A DNA stretch of 63,739 nucleotides, counting the filler, from Phoronis australis (lineage: Eukaryota; Animalia; Phoronida): NCBI GenBank assembly GCA_002633005.1. It is 11 parts of 11 records of this genome, joined end to end, with 100 filler letters (N's around TTAATTAATTAA, not from the genome) between each part and the next. Parts side by side here need not be neighbours in the genome. Positions count along the whole stretch, not along the records: positions 7,400 to 26,359 come from NMRA01000017.1; 10 more parts are not named here. The stretch is one strand, 5' to 3'. The stretch's first letter is position 1. Each line of letters begins with the position of its first letter. The notes beneath the pieces were generated by a model that searched no databases, was not told where the DNA came from, and saw nothing but the letters and a program-made list of their open reading frames with translations. Both the position numbers and the translations under genes were made by a program. Positions 10,619 to 21,889 of the stretch are shown here, piece after piece.

Positions 10619-13152
10619 ACTAGATATACCTCACTGACAGAGTCAGACTGTTAGTGTTAGTCAGATGAAACACACCAGTGGACAGCAAATGTCTAGACTT
10701 GACCAAGCGAATACACGTGTTGTTGGTCACTTTGTACTAGGGAAAAATGGGAAACCGAACAACAGGACAAGGACATGGTCGAAAAAAGTTGATGAATGTA
10801 CCAACTGAATAACTCATTCCTATTATAAAGTGGATTAGACAGTGACCACCGTCTGTAACTGGCATTTCGTTTTGTTCAAAACTCACACAGCTGCAGAAAT
10901 CAGCAAGAATGGATGTCAGCAATCTCGTTGCTCAGTCTAAACATTGACAGAAACATGTACTAATGGATTGATTCGCCATCTGTTTCTAAGAAGCCAACAG
11001 GAGCCTGTTAGTTGACCATGGGTATTCAATATCTGAGGATTATCAACAACCCAACCCTTTCCTGTCAAACATGTCTAAAGATTCAACTGAGCAACTTGAT
11101 CGGAAACTGTTGTTTAAAATCAGTACATCTTTGGATGATCTTTGCCAAGACTTCAGAAAAAAGTGTGCTTAGACTTCCCATGAGGAACCTGGATGACAAG
11201 CCGCTTCTTTGGAAAATTGTGAAAGAAGCGGAAAATCGTCCACATGGGCTACCACTTCTGTTACTATGTGGCATTCACTGCATACTGGTATGACTAAGAA
11301 TGAATTCACTGTAGCCATAATGTATGGGATACATGTAGATGTTTGCCAAAAACCCTCAACTCTGTGCTGTTTTGAGGCTTTTGACTGCTGTGTGCATTCG
11401 TCATCATGCTGGCTGAGTGGTGTGTGTTTGAACATTTTTCATGGCAAGAAATGGATCATGTTTATAGCTTAAAATTGTTTTTAACATATATTTTTAGCAA
11501 AGGTGAGAAAGTCGATTATAGCAATTAGATAGGTGACTAAAAATTCTCTAGATTGAGACAGCCGCCTAAATTCAATACACAGAAATCATTGCTGAAATTT
11601 AATTTTTTAATCCTGAAATTTGAGACGTGAGTGATTTTTATATTTTCGTACTTTTCAAATTCCTAACGCTATGTTTTAGCGTAACACTGAGGTTGCAAAA
11701 TTACTCTTGTAAGTTCATAAAAAGTGACTCTCATGACTAACATTTAATAAATTGTTACCTTTCCCCTTGAATTTCTGACAGACAATTGTGTGAATTTCAA
11801 AAAATTGTGACAAGCTCCCAATTTGATCTAAATAATTATTCACTGTCCCAAACTAGAGAATTTTTGCGTAATTAATTTTGAAATTCAGTGTGTAGTTAAC
11901 TGTAAAACTGATGGATGACTGTTTATGAGAGGATCTGCTTAAAGACAAAAGGTTGTAAAAGTGATCAAAATTTATTGTTTAGCATTTGATCTTAAGTGAT
12001 TGTGTGGTAGTTTACACCAGCTTTAAAAATGTCAGTGACAAAATGTAGAAATCATAAGTGACAACAGATATCAATAGTCCATGTGACTCTGAAGCAGATG
12101 ATAATAGTGGCAGTACCCGTGTGGTTAAAGAGTCATGACATAATGCTTTCGATTTAAAAATCTTGAGGTACTCTCTGATATGTAAGCTACAAGTGTTTTT
12201 CTCACAAGAAATGATGTTTGTGTGGTCAAAATCAGTTGAATGATCTCAGTGCTTGGTATGCTTAAAGAGATTTTGATCAATGAATACCGGGTTAGACTGA
12301 CACATACATATACCAAGAGAACTTGTGCCATGTGATAAAATGTTATTGTTTACATATGTTGTGTACAAAACAAATGGTTTAACGAGATCATGAAACGTTA
12401 CAATTGTGTCTCTAGCATCAATGTAAAATACAGGATTACTTTTACATAAACGTTTAAAATGTTATAGATTTTGGATTTCATATATACAGTTAAGGTTTAG
12501 AATGCATGATGTTCTCTGCACATTTCTTGCTTTGATAACACTATCACTGATGGTGTTACTCTATTGAAAATCCAAAATTAAATGGCAGTTTTGACAGTAA
12601 AATCATCCATGAAAATCTTATTTTAATCATTTGGATTTCCCATTTTTTGTACTTCAGGGTGACCTAAAAGGGCTGCTGGGTTCCCTGTTAATTCCAGGTT
12701 GTCGTGTCTCTTATTTAGTGCATTTGCATCGAACAAATTTGTGTTTTTGAATATTTTTGGCAGCTTTCCCAGATTTCCACAAAACGTCCAGGCTCAAATT
12801 TGGAAATTCTGGGTATTAGAGAAAAACATAAAAACATTGGTGCTGTGAAACCCGGCTGTTGTGGTAAGAATAGATATTATTGAAAGTATTTTTGTCTGCA
12901 TTAAACCCACCATTCTAACACAATTTGTCCTTCATTGATAACCACAATTGCCACGTTGGAAGCTAATTCCTTGTTTTGGAAGCTAATTCATTGCTTTGCA
13001 AGCGTTTCACACCGTCACTTGTTTACGTCAGAGCCTCAGGTTGAGCATACACCACCACTGATAATTTCCTTTAATTATATCACTAATTGGAACAGTACCA
13101 CAAAACGTAGTCACTAGTTTCTTCATCACCAGTATCATCATGATCGCTAATG

Positions 13153-13453
13153 CAGTGGCGGATTTAGGGGGGTCAAGGGCCCCCCCTAAAAGTCTCCCAG
13201 ATCCCATATTGCAGTTCGGGGTTCGAATTGCTGACTGGCATATGCGCGCACCCAGAGGTCTCGGGAGGCGAATGCACTGCATAGCCTTGCACAAATCCCA
13301 TTTACACCTGTTTTTTTAGTCATGAGGTCCACAAACTCAAAAGTTCAAGATCCCCTGCATCCCTACATTTTAGGCTGGATGCGCGCATGTTGCGAAATTC
13401 TAGTCATTCTTGTGCCCTGGCCCCCCTAACTAAAAATCATGGATCAACCTCTG
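13153..13453 (+). mobile_element. MITE of the CAGTGGCGGA-terminus family
   Basis: Starts CAGTGGCGGATTTAGGGGGG and ends ...GGATCAACCTCTG. It is an inverted homolog of the copy split by the LTR element. Confidence 0.65.
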
Positions 13454-13645
13454 TAGTGTCTCGTAAAAAATGTTGCTGTTCTGGTATTGTAATTAGTGCA
13501 CGGCAAAGATTTACTTAAGTTTGGTGAACTACAGGGCTAATTACATGGGCGGATCCAGGAGTCTGAGTTAGAGGGGCCAGGACACAGGAATAACCAGAAT
13601 TTCGCCACATGCGCACGCCCAGCCTAAAATGTAGGGAATGCAGGG

Positions 13646-13719
13646 TGTAGTATTATAGCTCTTTAGACTTAGAGATAAATATATTGAGTTCCGGTTCCAT
13701 CAGCGTTGTTGTTCCTACA
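13646..13719 (+). repeat. 5' LTR (74 bp)
   Basis: TGTAGTATTATAGCTC...GTTCCTACA, identical to 18202-18275. Confidence 0.95.
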
Positions 13720-13731
13720 TGGTGGCAGCGG
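13720..13731 (+). promoter_or_regulatory. Primer-binding site, probably tRNA-Leu
   Basis: TGGTGGCAGCGG directly follows the 5' LTR. It is complementary to the 3' end (...CCGCTGCCACCA) of eukaryotic tRNA-Leu(AAG/UAG)-type tRNAs. Confidence 0.75.
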
Positions 13732-14157
13732 CGGTTTGTGTCATTTTTGTGATTCTGGCGAAACAACTGGGCATTATAAACTGATACCTTCCAACGGTTT
13801 GTGTCAAGGATCTTTCGTGCTGTTTTCGAAGGATTTTGTTTGTGAAATATCAGAAAATAGCCTGGAACTGTTGATAGTTGTCGTACAGTACTTCGAATTT
13901 TTCCATGACGTCATAGCCACATGTGCATTGTGTATGTTTTGAGCTGACAGTTCATGTGATCGAAGTTCACGAGGAAAGTGTGAGGCTCTATAAGATAAAT
14001 TTTACGCGCGACTTTACATTATAAGTAGCGATACATAAAAGTTAGTGAATTTATTGACCGAATAAATTTAACACATACCTGCACGAGTGACACGCAACAT
14101 TAGTGAACACGTTAACGAAGTGACACATAAACTGACAACATTCAGAACATTACAAAA

Positions 14158-17100
14158 ATGGCAACATATCAGATACCGGCCCCAACCCCAATGTCAGTAC
14201 AAGGGAATGTGGCAGAGAACTGGCGTGAATTTGAAACCGCCTGGATAGACTACATGACCGCCACAGAACTAGACACAAAAATGGTTAAGGCGGATGGTAC
14301 ACCAGACCTAAAGGGTGTATCAATAGTTGCTGCGACACTCTGCTCCGTCATGGGGCAGGAGTGTAAACGAGTACTGTGTAACTTGCCTAACGTCAGTGAA
14401 GAAGACAGACGCAATCCTCAGAAGATCATTGATGCCTTAAAGGCATACTTTGTTCCTCAGAAGAATGTTCTCTACGAGAGATTTGTGTTCAACCAAGCAG
14501 TCCAAAAGACGGGAGAGACGATAGATGTGTTTGTCCTAAGATTACGCAAGTTAGCTGACTCTTGCGAATTCGGGGAACTGAAAGACTCACTGATCAGAGA
14601 CCGCATAGTCGTTGGGACGAATGATGACGCAGGACGAGAGAGACTCTTAAGAGAACGCCCTGTACCAAGCCTCGCAAAAGCCATTGAGAATCTTCGAGCA
14701 GCAGAGGCATCACGCACTCAGAAACAGGTGATGTCAGGCAAAAGTGAGAGTACAGTCGAGTTCGTGAAACGGCATGGGTTCAAGAAGCACAACAATCCTC
14801 AGAAGAAGCAGGCTCATAAAAAGCAGCAGGGTCCACCGAAGAACCAGTCAGAAAGTTGTAAGTGGTGTGGTAGCACTAAACCACACGCACGCAAAGAGTG
14901 CAGAGCTAGAGACAGCAAGTGCAACAACTGTGGCAAGATAGGCCATTGGTCCAAAGCTTGTAGGTCCAAAAGCACAGCAGAAATAGATACTCAGGAAGAA
15001 GAAGACGTTCCTGTGCAATTTCTGGGTCAAATTGAAGCTTCTAAAAAGCACTGGTCAGCAGATATCTCTGTGAACGGTCATACTACGCAGTTCAAGCTAG
15101 ATAGCGGCGCAGACATCACAGTGATGGGAGACAAAAATCCGTGGCTGGCTAAAACTAAGCTGGAACCAAACACCAATCTGACCAACTGCCGAGGTGCCGG
15201 CAATGTGACACTGAACGACCGTATTCTTGGTGTGATCCCAAAAGCCAAACTTTGTTGCGGTGATCGTCAGCTAGAAGAAGATGTTTACATCATGAAAGGA
15301 CAACGCTTAAACCTGTTAAGCAAACGTGCCTGTGAACACTTCAAGCTTTTGATACCTTCAGCATCTGTCTATGAGGTAGATGCAAAACCAGATTTTCGTG
15401 GGGAGTTCCCGAAGCTGTTTCAAGGTCTAGGCTGTTTGACCACACCCTACGAGATAAGTCTTCAACCTGACGCCAACCCTGTGTGTTTATACACTGCCAG
15501 ACGTGTGCCCCACCCTTTGCTTCCGCAGGTGGAAAAAGAGTTAGAGTCTATGGAAAGACAGGGCATTATTTCCAAGGTTACCCATCCTACTGAATGGTGT
15601 TCCGGCATGGTGTGCATCCCAAAGTCCAATGGCCGAGTGCGCATTTGCGTAGATCTTACTCCACTGAACAAAGCCGTGAGGCGTGAAGTTCACCCGATGT
15701 CATCTGTTGAGGACAGTCTGAGCAGTCTTAGTTGCGGTAAGCCAGTTATCTTCTCGAAATTAGATGCCAACTCAGGGTTCTGGCAGATTCCTCTACATGA
15801 AGCATCCAAAGACCTAACAACCTTCATCAGTCCCCTTGGACGTTTCAGGTTTAACAGACTTCCCTTTGGAATAAGCTCTGCCCCAGAGATTTTCCAACGT
15901 ACGATGTCATCGATCCTTGAAGGTCTAGATGGTACCTTGTGTCATATGGACGACATACTCATCTATGGAAGCACTCAAAAAGAACACGACGAAAGAGTCC
16001 GTTCAGTACTTCAGCGTCTACAGGCTGCAGGCCTGACCCTGAACAACAAATGTGAGTTTTCCACATCAAAGATCAAGTTCCTGGGACACCTTATCAGCTC
16101 AGATGGGATAATGGCTGACCCAGAAAAGACGCAAGCAGTTAGAGATTTCCCTGTGCCCACAAATGTGACTGAGCTTCAAAGATTTAATGGCATGGTGAAC
16201 CAGCTGGCGAAATTCCTACCTAATCTGGTGAAGCTGAATGAACCCCTGAGACAACTCTTGAGGAAAGACCAAGCCTTCCAATGGGATGAACCTCAACAAA
16301 GATCCTTTCAACAAGTAAAAGAAGCACTCGTCTCAACAGTCACACTGGCCCACTACGACCCTAGTCGTGAGACCATAGTAGCAGCTGATGCAAGCCAGTA
16401 CGGCATTGGTGCTGTATTGCTCCAAATTGATTCTGGTGGTAACAGAAGACCAGTATGCTTTGCGTCCAGATCACTTAACGACACGGAGAAACGTTATGCA
16501 GTGATAGAAAAGGAAGCACTAGCAGCTACCTGGGCTTGCGAGAAGTTCTCAACCTTCATTCTTGGACTCAAGTTTACCCTGGAGACCGACCATAAACCAC
16601 TAGTGCCTCTACTGTCATCAACAGACTTGTCTAAGATGCCACCTCGAGTGCTACGTTTCCGTCTCCGTTTGATGAAATTCAGCCCCACGATAAACCACGT
16701 TCCAGGAAAGAACCACCTGATTGCAGATGCCTTGTCCCGAGCTCCGGTTGACAAACCTTCAGTTCCTGATGAGATATTCCTAGACGAAGTTGAAGATCAA
16801 GCTGAGTATACAGTCAAATACTTACCTGCAACACAAGGTCGTCTGAATCAGATCAAAGAAGCACAACGTAGCGATGCAACATGTGGTGAAGTCATCAAGT
16901 ACTGCCAAAATGGTTGGCCTGCTTTCTCTGCAGATACGCTACTGAAACCTTACTACGAGAAAAAGCAACATCTCACCATCATAGATGGACTACTGATGTA
17001 CAACGACCGTATTGTTATTCCCCAGTCGATGCAGTTGGAGGTGCTAAACCAAATCCACCAAGGTCATCTAGGGATAACGAAGTGCCGAGCAAGAGCCATG

Positions 17101-18096
17101 GAATCTGTTTGGTGGCCACGCATCAGTACACAGATTGAGGCAATGTGTAAACAGTGCCTAACCTGTGCTTTTCACAGACCAGAGACGAAGGAGCCCTTGT
17201 TGCCTTCATCTTTTCCTTCCCGACCCTGGGAACGAATTGGAACCGACTTGTTCGAACTGAACAAACAACACTACGTCCTTGTGGTAGACTACTTCTCCAG
17301 ATGGATCGAAGTTCGAAGACTTAGCCAGACAACTGCGCAACACACGATTGAAGCACTCAAGTCAATATTCAGTACACATGGAATACCAGACATTGTTATA
17401 TCCGACAATGGCCCCCAGTATGCTTGTGAAAGCTTTGACATGTTTGCCAAAGACTACGGCTTCGTTCATGTTACATCCTCACCTCTCTACCCTCAGTGCA
17501 ACGGAGAAGCCGAGCGCGCAGTCCAAACTGCAAAGAACATATTGAAAAAGAATACTGATCCTCACCTAGGTTTCCTGGCATACAGATCGACGCCTATTCA
17601 CAATGGAAAGTCTCCGAGTCAACTACTCATGTCCAGACGGCTCCGAACAACTTTGCCGATCATGCCTAAAGCACTTTTTCACAATTCTATCGATGATCAG
17701 TCCGTAAGGGCGAAAGAAACTCTGCTTAACTCAAAGAACAAAGCAAACTTCGACCACAGACACCGAACTATGTCCCTACCAGTATTAGGTGTTGGAGACC
17801 AAGTCTGGGTGCGCGATCAAGACAAACACGGTGAAGTGAAAGAGAGTTCGACAAACCCGAGATCCTACCTTGTCGTCACAGAGTCCGGTGCTACAATTCA
17901 CCGTAACCGGTCAGCGTTGATTCATACCGGAAATATGAAAAGTGCCTCACCAGAGAATTTTACACCAAAAGAGACGACCCCCAAACCATTTTCAAACCCG
18001 GCATCAAACCCACCTACCGCAGACACCCCACAGCGGACCCAACAACTACGACGTTCTCAGCGGGTTATAAAACCAGTGGATCGCCTGAACCTCTGA
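14158..18096 (+). CDS. Gag-Pol polyprotein (gag with Zn knuckles, aspartic protease, reverse transcriptase, RNase H, integrase), 1312 aa
   Basis: Gag knuckles CKWCGSTKPH..EC..CNNCGKIGHWSKAC; protease LDSGA; RT LDANSGFWQI, LPFG, CHMDD; RNase H ADAS, EKE, TDHKPL; integrase H..GH...C..C, IGTDLF, SDNGPQY, NGEAER. The PR-RT-RH-IN order is that of Ty3/Gypsy. Confidence 0.97.
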   Translation: MATYQIPAPTPMSVQGNVAENWREFETAWIDYMTATELDTKMVKADGTPDLKGVSIVAATLCSVMGQECKRVLCNLPNVSEEDRRNPQKIIDALKAYFVPQKNVLYERFVFNQAVQKTGETIDVFVLRLRKLADSCEFGELKDSLIRDRIVVGTNDDAGRERLLRERPVPSLAKAIENLRAAEASRTQKQVMSGKSESTVEFVKRHGFKKHNNPQKKQAHKKQQGPPKNQSESCKWCGSTKPHARKECRARDSKCNNCGKIGHWSKACRSKSTAEIDTQEEEDVPVQFLGQIEASKKHWSADISVNGHTTQFKLDSGADITVMGDKNPWLAKTKLEPNTNLTNCRGAGNVTLNDRILGVIPKAKLCCGDRQLEEDVYIMKGQRLNLLSKRACEHFKLLIPSASVYEVDAKPDFRGEFPKLFQGLGCLTTPYEISLQPDANPVCLYTARRVPHPLLPQVEKELESMERQGIISKVTHPTEWCSGMVCIPKSNGRVRICVDLTPLNKAVRREVHPMSSVEDSLSSLSCGKPVIFSKLDANSGFWQIPLHEASKDLTTFISPLGRFRFNRLPFGISSAPEIFQRTMSSILEGLDGTLCHMDDILIYGSTQKEHDERVRSVLQRLQAAGLTLNNKCEFSTSKIKFLGHLISSDGIMADPEKTQAVRDFPVPTNVTELQRFNGMVNQLAKFLPNLVKLNEPLRQLLRKDQAFQWDEPQQRSFQQVKEALVSTVTLAHYDPSRETIVAADASQYGIGAVLLQIDSGGNRRPVCFASRSLNDTEKRYAVIEKEALAATWACEKFSTFILGLKFTLETDHKPLVPLLSSTDLSKMPPRVLRFRLRLMKFSPTINHVPGKNHLIADALSRAPVDKPSVPDEIFLDEVEDQAEYTVKYLPATQGRLNQIKEAQRSDATCGEVIKYCQNGWPAFSADTLLKPYYEKKQHLTIIDGLLMYNDRIVIPQSMQLEVLNQIHQGHLGITKCRARAMESVWWPRISTQIEAMCKQCLTCAFHRPETKEPLLPSSFPSRPWERIGTDLFELNKQHYVLVVDYFSRWIEVRRLSQTTAQHTIEALKSIFSTHGIPDIVISDNGPQYACESFDMFAKDYGFVHVTSSPLYPQCNGEAERAVQTAKNILKKNTDPHLGFLAYRSTPIHNGKSPSQLLMSRRLRTTLPIMPKALFHNSIDDQSVRAKETLLNSKNKANFDHRHRTMSLPVLGVGDQVWVRDQDKHGEVKESSTNPRSYLVVTESGATIHRNRSALIHTGNMKSASPENFTPKETTPKPFSNPASNPPTADTPQRTQQLRRSQRVIKPVDRLNL

Positions 18097-18192
18097 ACAT
18101 TTGATTAATTTTCAGCGCTTAGTGATAATGGCATTAACATAGTTCGAGACATTTATTGCTTAAAGCGTTTACACATATTCTTAAACTATCTT

Positions 18193-18201
18193 GGGAGGAG
18201 A
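18193..18201 (+). promoter_or_regulatory. Polypurine tract
   Basis: GGGAGGAGA immediately before the 3' LTR. Confidence 0.8.
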
Positions 18202-18275
18202 TGTAGTATTATAGCTCTTTAGACTTAGAGATAAATATATTGAGTTCCGGTTCCATCAGCGTTGTTGTTCCTACA
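18202..18275 (+). repeat. 3' LTR (74 bp)
   Basis: Identical to 13646-13719 and followed by TSD CAGGG. Confidence 0.95.
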
Positions 18276-19142
18276 CAGGGGTCTCGAATTTTTATGTTTG
18301 TGGACCTTACTACGAAAAAAAAACGGTAAACGGGGATTGTTCATTGTGCATTCGCCCCCTAGCCCCCCTGGCTGCGCGCATTTTATTATGCTAGTCAGCA
18401 ATTCGCACCCTGAACTGCCAAATGTTATCTGGGAGAATTTTAGGTGGGGGCCATGGCTCCCTTGCCCCCACCTAAATCCGCCACTGTATAAGCAAACAAA
18501 TTGCAGTTCAGTGTGGGAACGGTAATACGCAATTAGTTGACCTGTCAACTGTGCTTCTTCTGCTAGTTTTATTTCAATCGCACAGTGAACCTTTTATGTG
18601 ATAACTAAACCGTTTCAATGATGTTTTTCGTTTTAAAATTGCTTCAATGAATACTACAGGTACTCCAATATCGTCCGCATACGTTGCTATTCTACTCGGG
18701 GATTCCATTGACAGGGAATTCCCGAGTATGCATGACAAGGGAGATAAGTCTTTATTTTGATACATAAACGAGTCGACAAATACGGATTTTTTCATCTACA
18801 AGGATTATAATTACCATTTTTAAGAACTTAGTCCTAACTGCTACGCAACTCATTCAAATTACAATGACGAAAACTTTTTTCTTCGATTTATTTGGCGCGG
18901 ATACGAACCGATATGATCTCGCGTGATCCAGTCTCATCACTCGTTTTTAGCGGTATTTTGTAAATGTGATGTGCCATATGTGAAAGACTAGTCGCCAACC
19001 GACTAGAGCGACGTCTTTCGTGAAAACGGTCAAGCCTAACAATGATTAATTAAACAATGTGGAACTTGCGAAACAGTTCCGCAAACAGAATAGTTTTGCG
19101 GAGACCTCAAATTTTTACATTTTCTTCAGACGCAAAAACTCC

Positions 19143-19296
19143 TGGGTCCAGTTGCATAAAACTTATACGCTATATAGCAACAATGAGGTCGCATTATCAC
19201 GCTCCACGTTGTTATTGTTGAACAATGCACCTGACGTTATTTAACAATTAAAGTTTTCTGGCGGATAACTTTAAAGTTTTATGCAACCCAGTCCTG
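19143..19296. mobile_element. Short MITE-like inverted repeat element
   Basis: Imperfect TIR: GGGTCCAGTTGCATAAAACTT ... AAGTTTTATGCAACCCAGTCC. Confidence 0.45.
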
Positions 19297-20163
19297 AAGG
19301 TCAAATTGCTAATTCTTTGGCGATTCGAAATCGGTGACACCCCGTTTTTCGTGTTTCATCGAAAACACGACTGCCGTTAAAATAAAACGTGGAACAAAAA
19401 ACGACAGTGTATCTTTTTGGGTAGAAGCCAAAACACTCGAGGTACTCAAAATCCATAAACAGTTTAATACGCCGCCGTATGAGAATTAGTATCTTAGAAA
19501 ATATTTTTAACATCGTTAAACAAAACATGACCTGATTAAGAAAACTATAGAATCCGTTTCCTTTTGAAAAGTACTTCTACGCAAATAGAGGTGGCTTTTC
19601 AGTAACCCATATTATTGCCAAACGCACCTCTGTTTACATCAATCGTTGTAATGAAAATACTAATTTTGACCCCCATGTTTTGCAGATTTGTATTCTGCAG
19701 TAAGACCAAAATACAAAATACGGCAACGACAAAGTAAATCTGTTTCGAACGCACTTAAAGGAGGCGCATGTATTTTATGGTCGTTTTCTATACTGACAAT
19801 TTTGGCATTCTTGTTACTTGAACCCAACCGGAATTGAACTCTCCTCTTTTGTCGACGTAGAAAAGTAATATGCCATGAATTCTCATGATGTTGATTAAGT
19901 GCAAGTTTCATCATTTGTCCCGTGACGTAGAACCTTCCCAACAAAACAGTTTATGTTATTCATAAATTCCGGGACATCTTGTGTTATTGTTTACTATGTC
20001 ACTGACAGTGCCAACTCATAGTGAAACCTTATATGCCAGACAGCTGTCCAGACTTCATTCATTTTTATGATTTGGATGAAATCACCGGAACTTTCAACAT
20101 TGTTGCACTCACAACCCACACATATTTCTATTCACTATATATCCCACACATATTTCTATTAAC

Positions 20164-20177
20164 TATATATATATAAA

Positions 20178-20217
<40 letters not shown>
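20164..20217. repeat. (TA)n microsatellite with poly-A interruption
   Basis: Directly visible. Confidence 0.9.
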
Positions 20218-20219
<2 letters not shown>

Positions 20220-20548
20220 TAATTAGAGTTAATAAACTTTGTGTGTCAGTAGAAACTCAACGACTACATTAGTTTTTATGCTGCTCTCCATCAACTTGCT
20301 GCTGCTACCTTGTTAGCCAACTATTTACCGTTCAACCAAGAATTACGGGTGTGCGTTTGGTAGCTCTAGGACCTATGCTGGGACCTAGTTAAAATCTAGC
20401 GAGTCACGTGTTCTCACTTAAAATACACGGCCATATCTCACGTAGTCTCACGAAATCTTGCTTTTTAGCGAGGTCCTAGCATAACTGAACGGGAGGCGGG
20501 TAACACAACTATACTACCACGACCTATTCCCACATTGCTGGAGCCATG

Positions 20549-20830
20549 CAGAGGCGGATTTGGGGGGGGGGGCAGGAGGCTGGTGCAAGCAAAATTAAAC
20601 AGCAACAGCGTGAAGTGTGAGGAAATATGGGGGCTCAGGAGGTCCCGGGAGAGCGTGGTGGGATGGTGTTGCGTTTTTTTTATTTTTAGTTCTCCGATAT
20701 AGATTCGGGTACACCAGGCCATGTCGCCGGCCACCGCAACTTTCGGGATGGCTGTGCATACAATCGCGCTTTGCCCAATTCTCAAAGGCAACATGTTGCC
20801 CCCCCTTATGGTATCCTAGGTCCGCCACTG
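20549..20830. mobile_element. MITE, CAG(T/A)GGCGGA family; inverted homolog of 37847-38161
   Basis: CAGAGGCGGATTTGGGGG...CCTAGGTCCGCCACTG. The internal AAACAGCAACAGCGTGAAG matches the reverse complement at ~38090-38110. Confidence 0.65.
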
Positions 20831-21889
20831 GGAGCCGTATTCTCCACATAATTTGCATGACTGACATACTTATGATATTTTCTCTTTGGCTAATTTCTTG
20901 TCATCAGCGTAACATCTCGGCATGCATTAATGCAAGTTCGCCTGCATAATGGTGCCGATGAGTTACACTATAATTAGGATATGAAACAGTGAAAACTGAC
21001 AGAAGCTACTTTGCAATAGGTAAATTATAAAATGTTGATATGCGACCTCTACATATATTCGAAGCCAAAACGTATTACCCTCTGCCAGATCTAACACAGC
21101 TGTCATGACAAGTAACTTAATTGGCGTGACCTGTATTTATCAAACAAAGACACCATTTTTAATCTGATTATACCATCGAGCTTAACTTCCAGCCAATGTG
21201 GAGATCCTCCCCCTGTTTTGCCCCATGTTTGAGAGTCCGTATACCATTTACCTATCCACAGCTAGTAGGCTATAATCCCTGCTCTCCTATCTTTCACCTC
21301 CGTGACTACTTTCGGGGACCAATGGAAACCTTGCATTATACCCATCTACAGATGTTCAAAAGTCAATTTCAAAAACGTTCCAAAGAATACACTTGTACGT
21401 TTAGTAAGAATTTTAGTTTAAATGTTGGAAAATAGCCTCTAGTCAACTAATATGTAAGTCACCAGGTGTCAGTGACAGATCAGAACAGCCAATCAAATGC
21501 CAGGAAAATATTGTGTCAGAACCCATTCCCAAGTCGTCTGCTTCATGAAAGCATTTATCAGGGGACAGTCAGCTGATGTTCCTGCTGGTTTGGGTAACTT
21601 GTTTACATCATAAATTATAGATAACAGATGCACCACTCTCCTACATTATCTGTCCCAGTTTCCGGTTTGTGTATTGTGACGACACAATAGCCAACCATGA
21701 TTAGCAGACGACGTAATTGCCGGAAATAACTCCAGATAATTTGGCCAGGTGTCGCTAGTGAATATGACGTCATTGCTTCTGTAAGATTTTGTTCATTGAA
21801 AGTTTTCGGAGTTGGCGGTCCGTGTGCTGTAGTCTATGTTTACATCTACTGTCTATATTGGCAAGTGTTAATTCTTGGGTGGGTGTGTA

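Larger units (their letters stand above)
13646..18275 (+). mobile_element. Full-length Ty3/Gypsy LTR retrotransposon, Mag-like clade
   Basis: Identical 74-bp LTRs (TGTAG...CTACA), 5-bp TSD CAGGG (13641-13645, 18276-18280), PBS, PPT and a single intact gag-pol ORF. Confidence 0.97.
13544..18486 (-). mobile_element. MITE (CATGGGCGGA...TCCGCCACTG) split into 13544-13645 and 18276-18486 by the Gypsy insertion
   Basis: Rejoining the flanks gives a continuous reverse complement of 13153-13453 (CAGCCTAAAATGTAGGGAATGCAGGG|G vs CCCCTGCATCCCTACATTTTAGGCTG). Confidence 0.7.

Noticed and set aside
10620-12984. Possible further non-autonomous Academ-like element (GYH..YVAFT remnant; ...GAAGCTA end)
   Set aside because: Similarity too weak and no matching TIR pair could be seen.
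14472-17545. Short ORFs overlapping gag-pol on either strand
   Set aside because: Shadow frames of the long retrotransposon ORF with no independent motifs.
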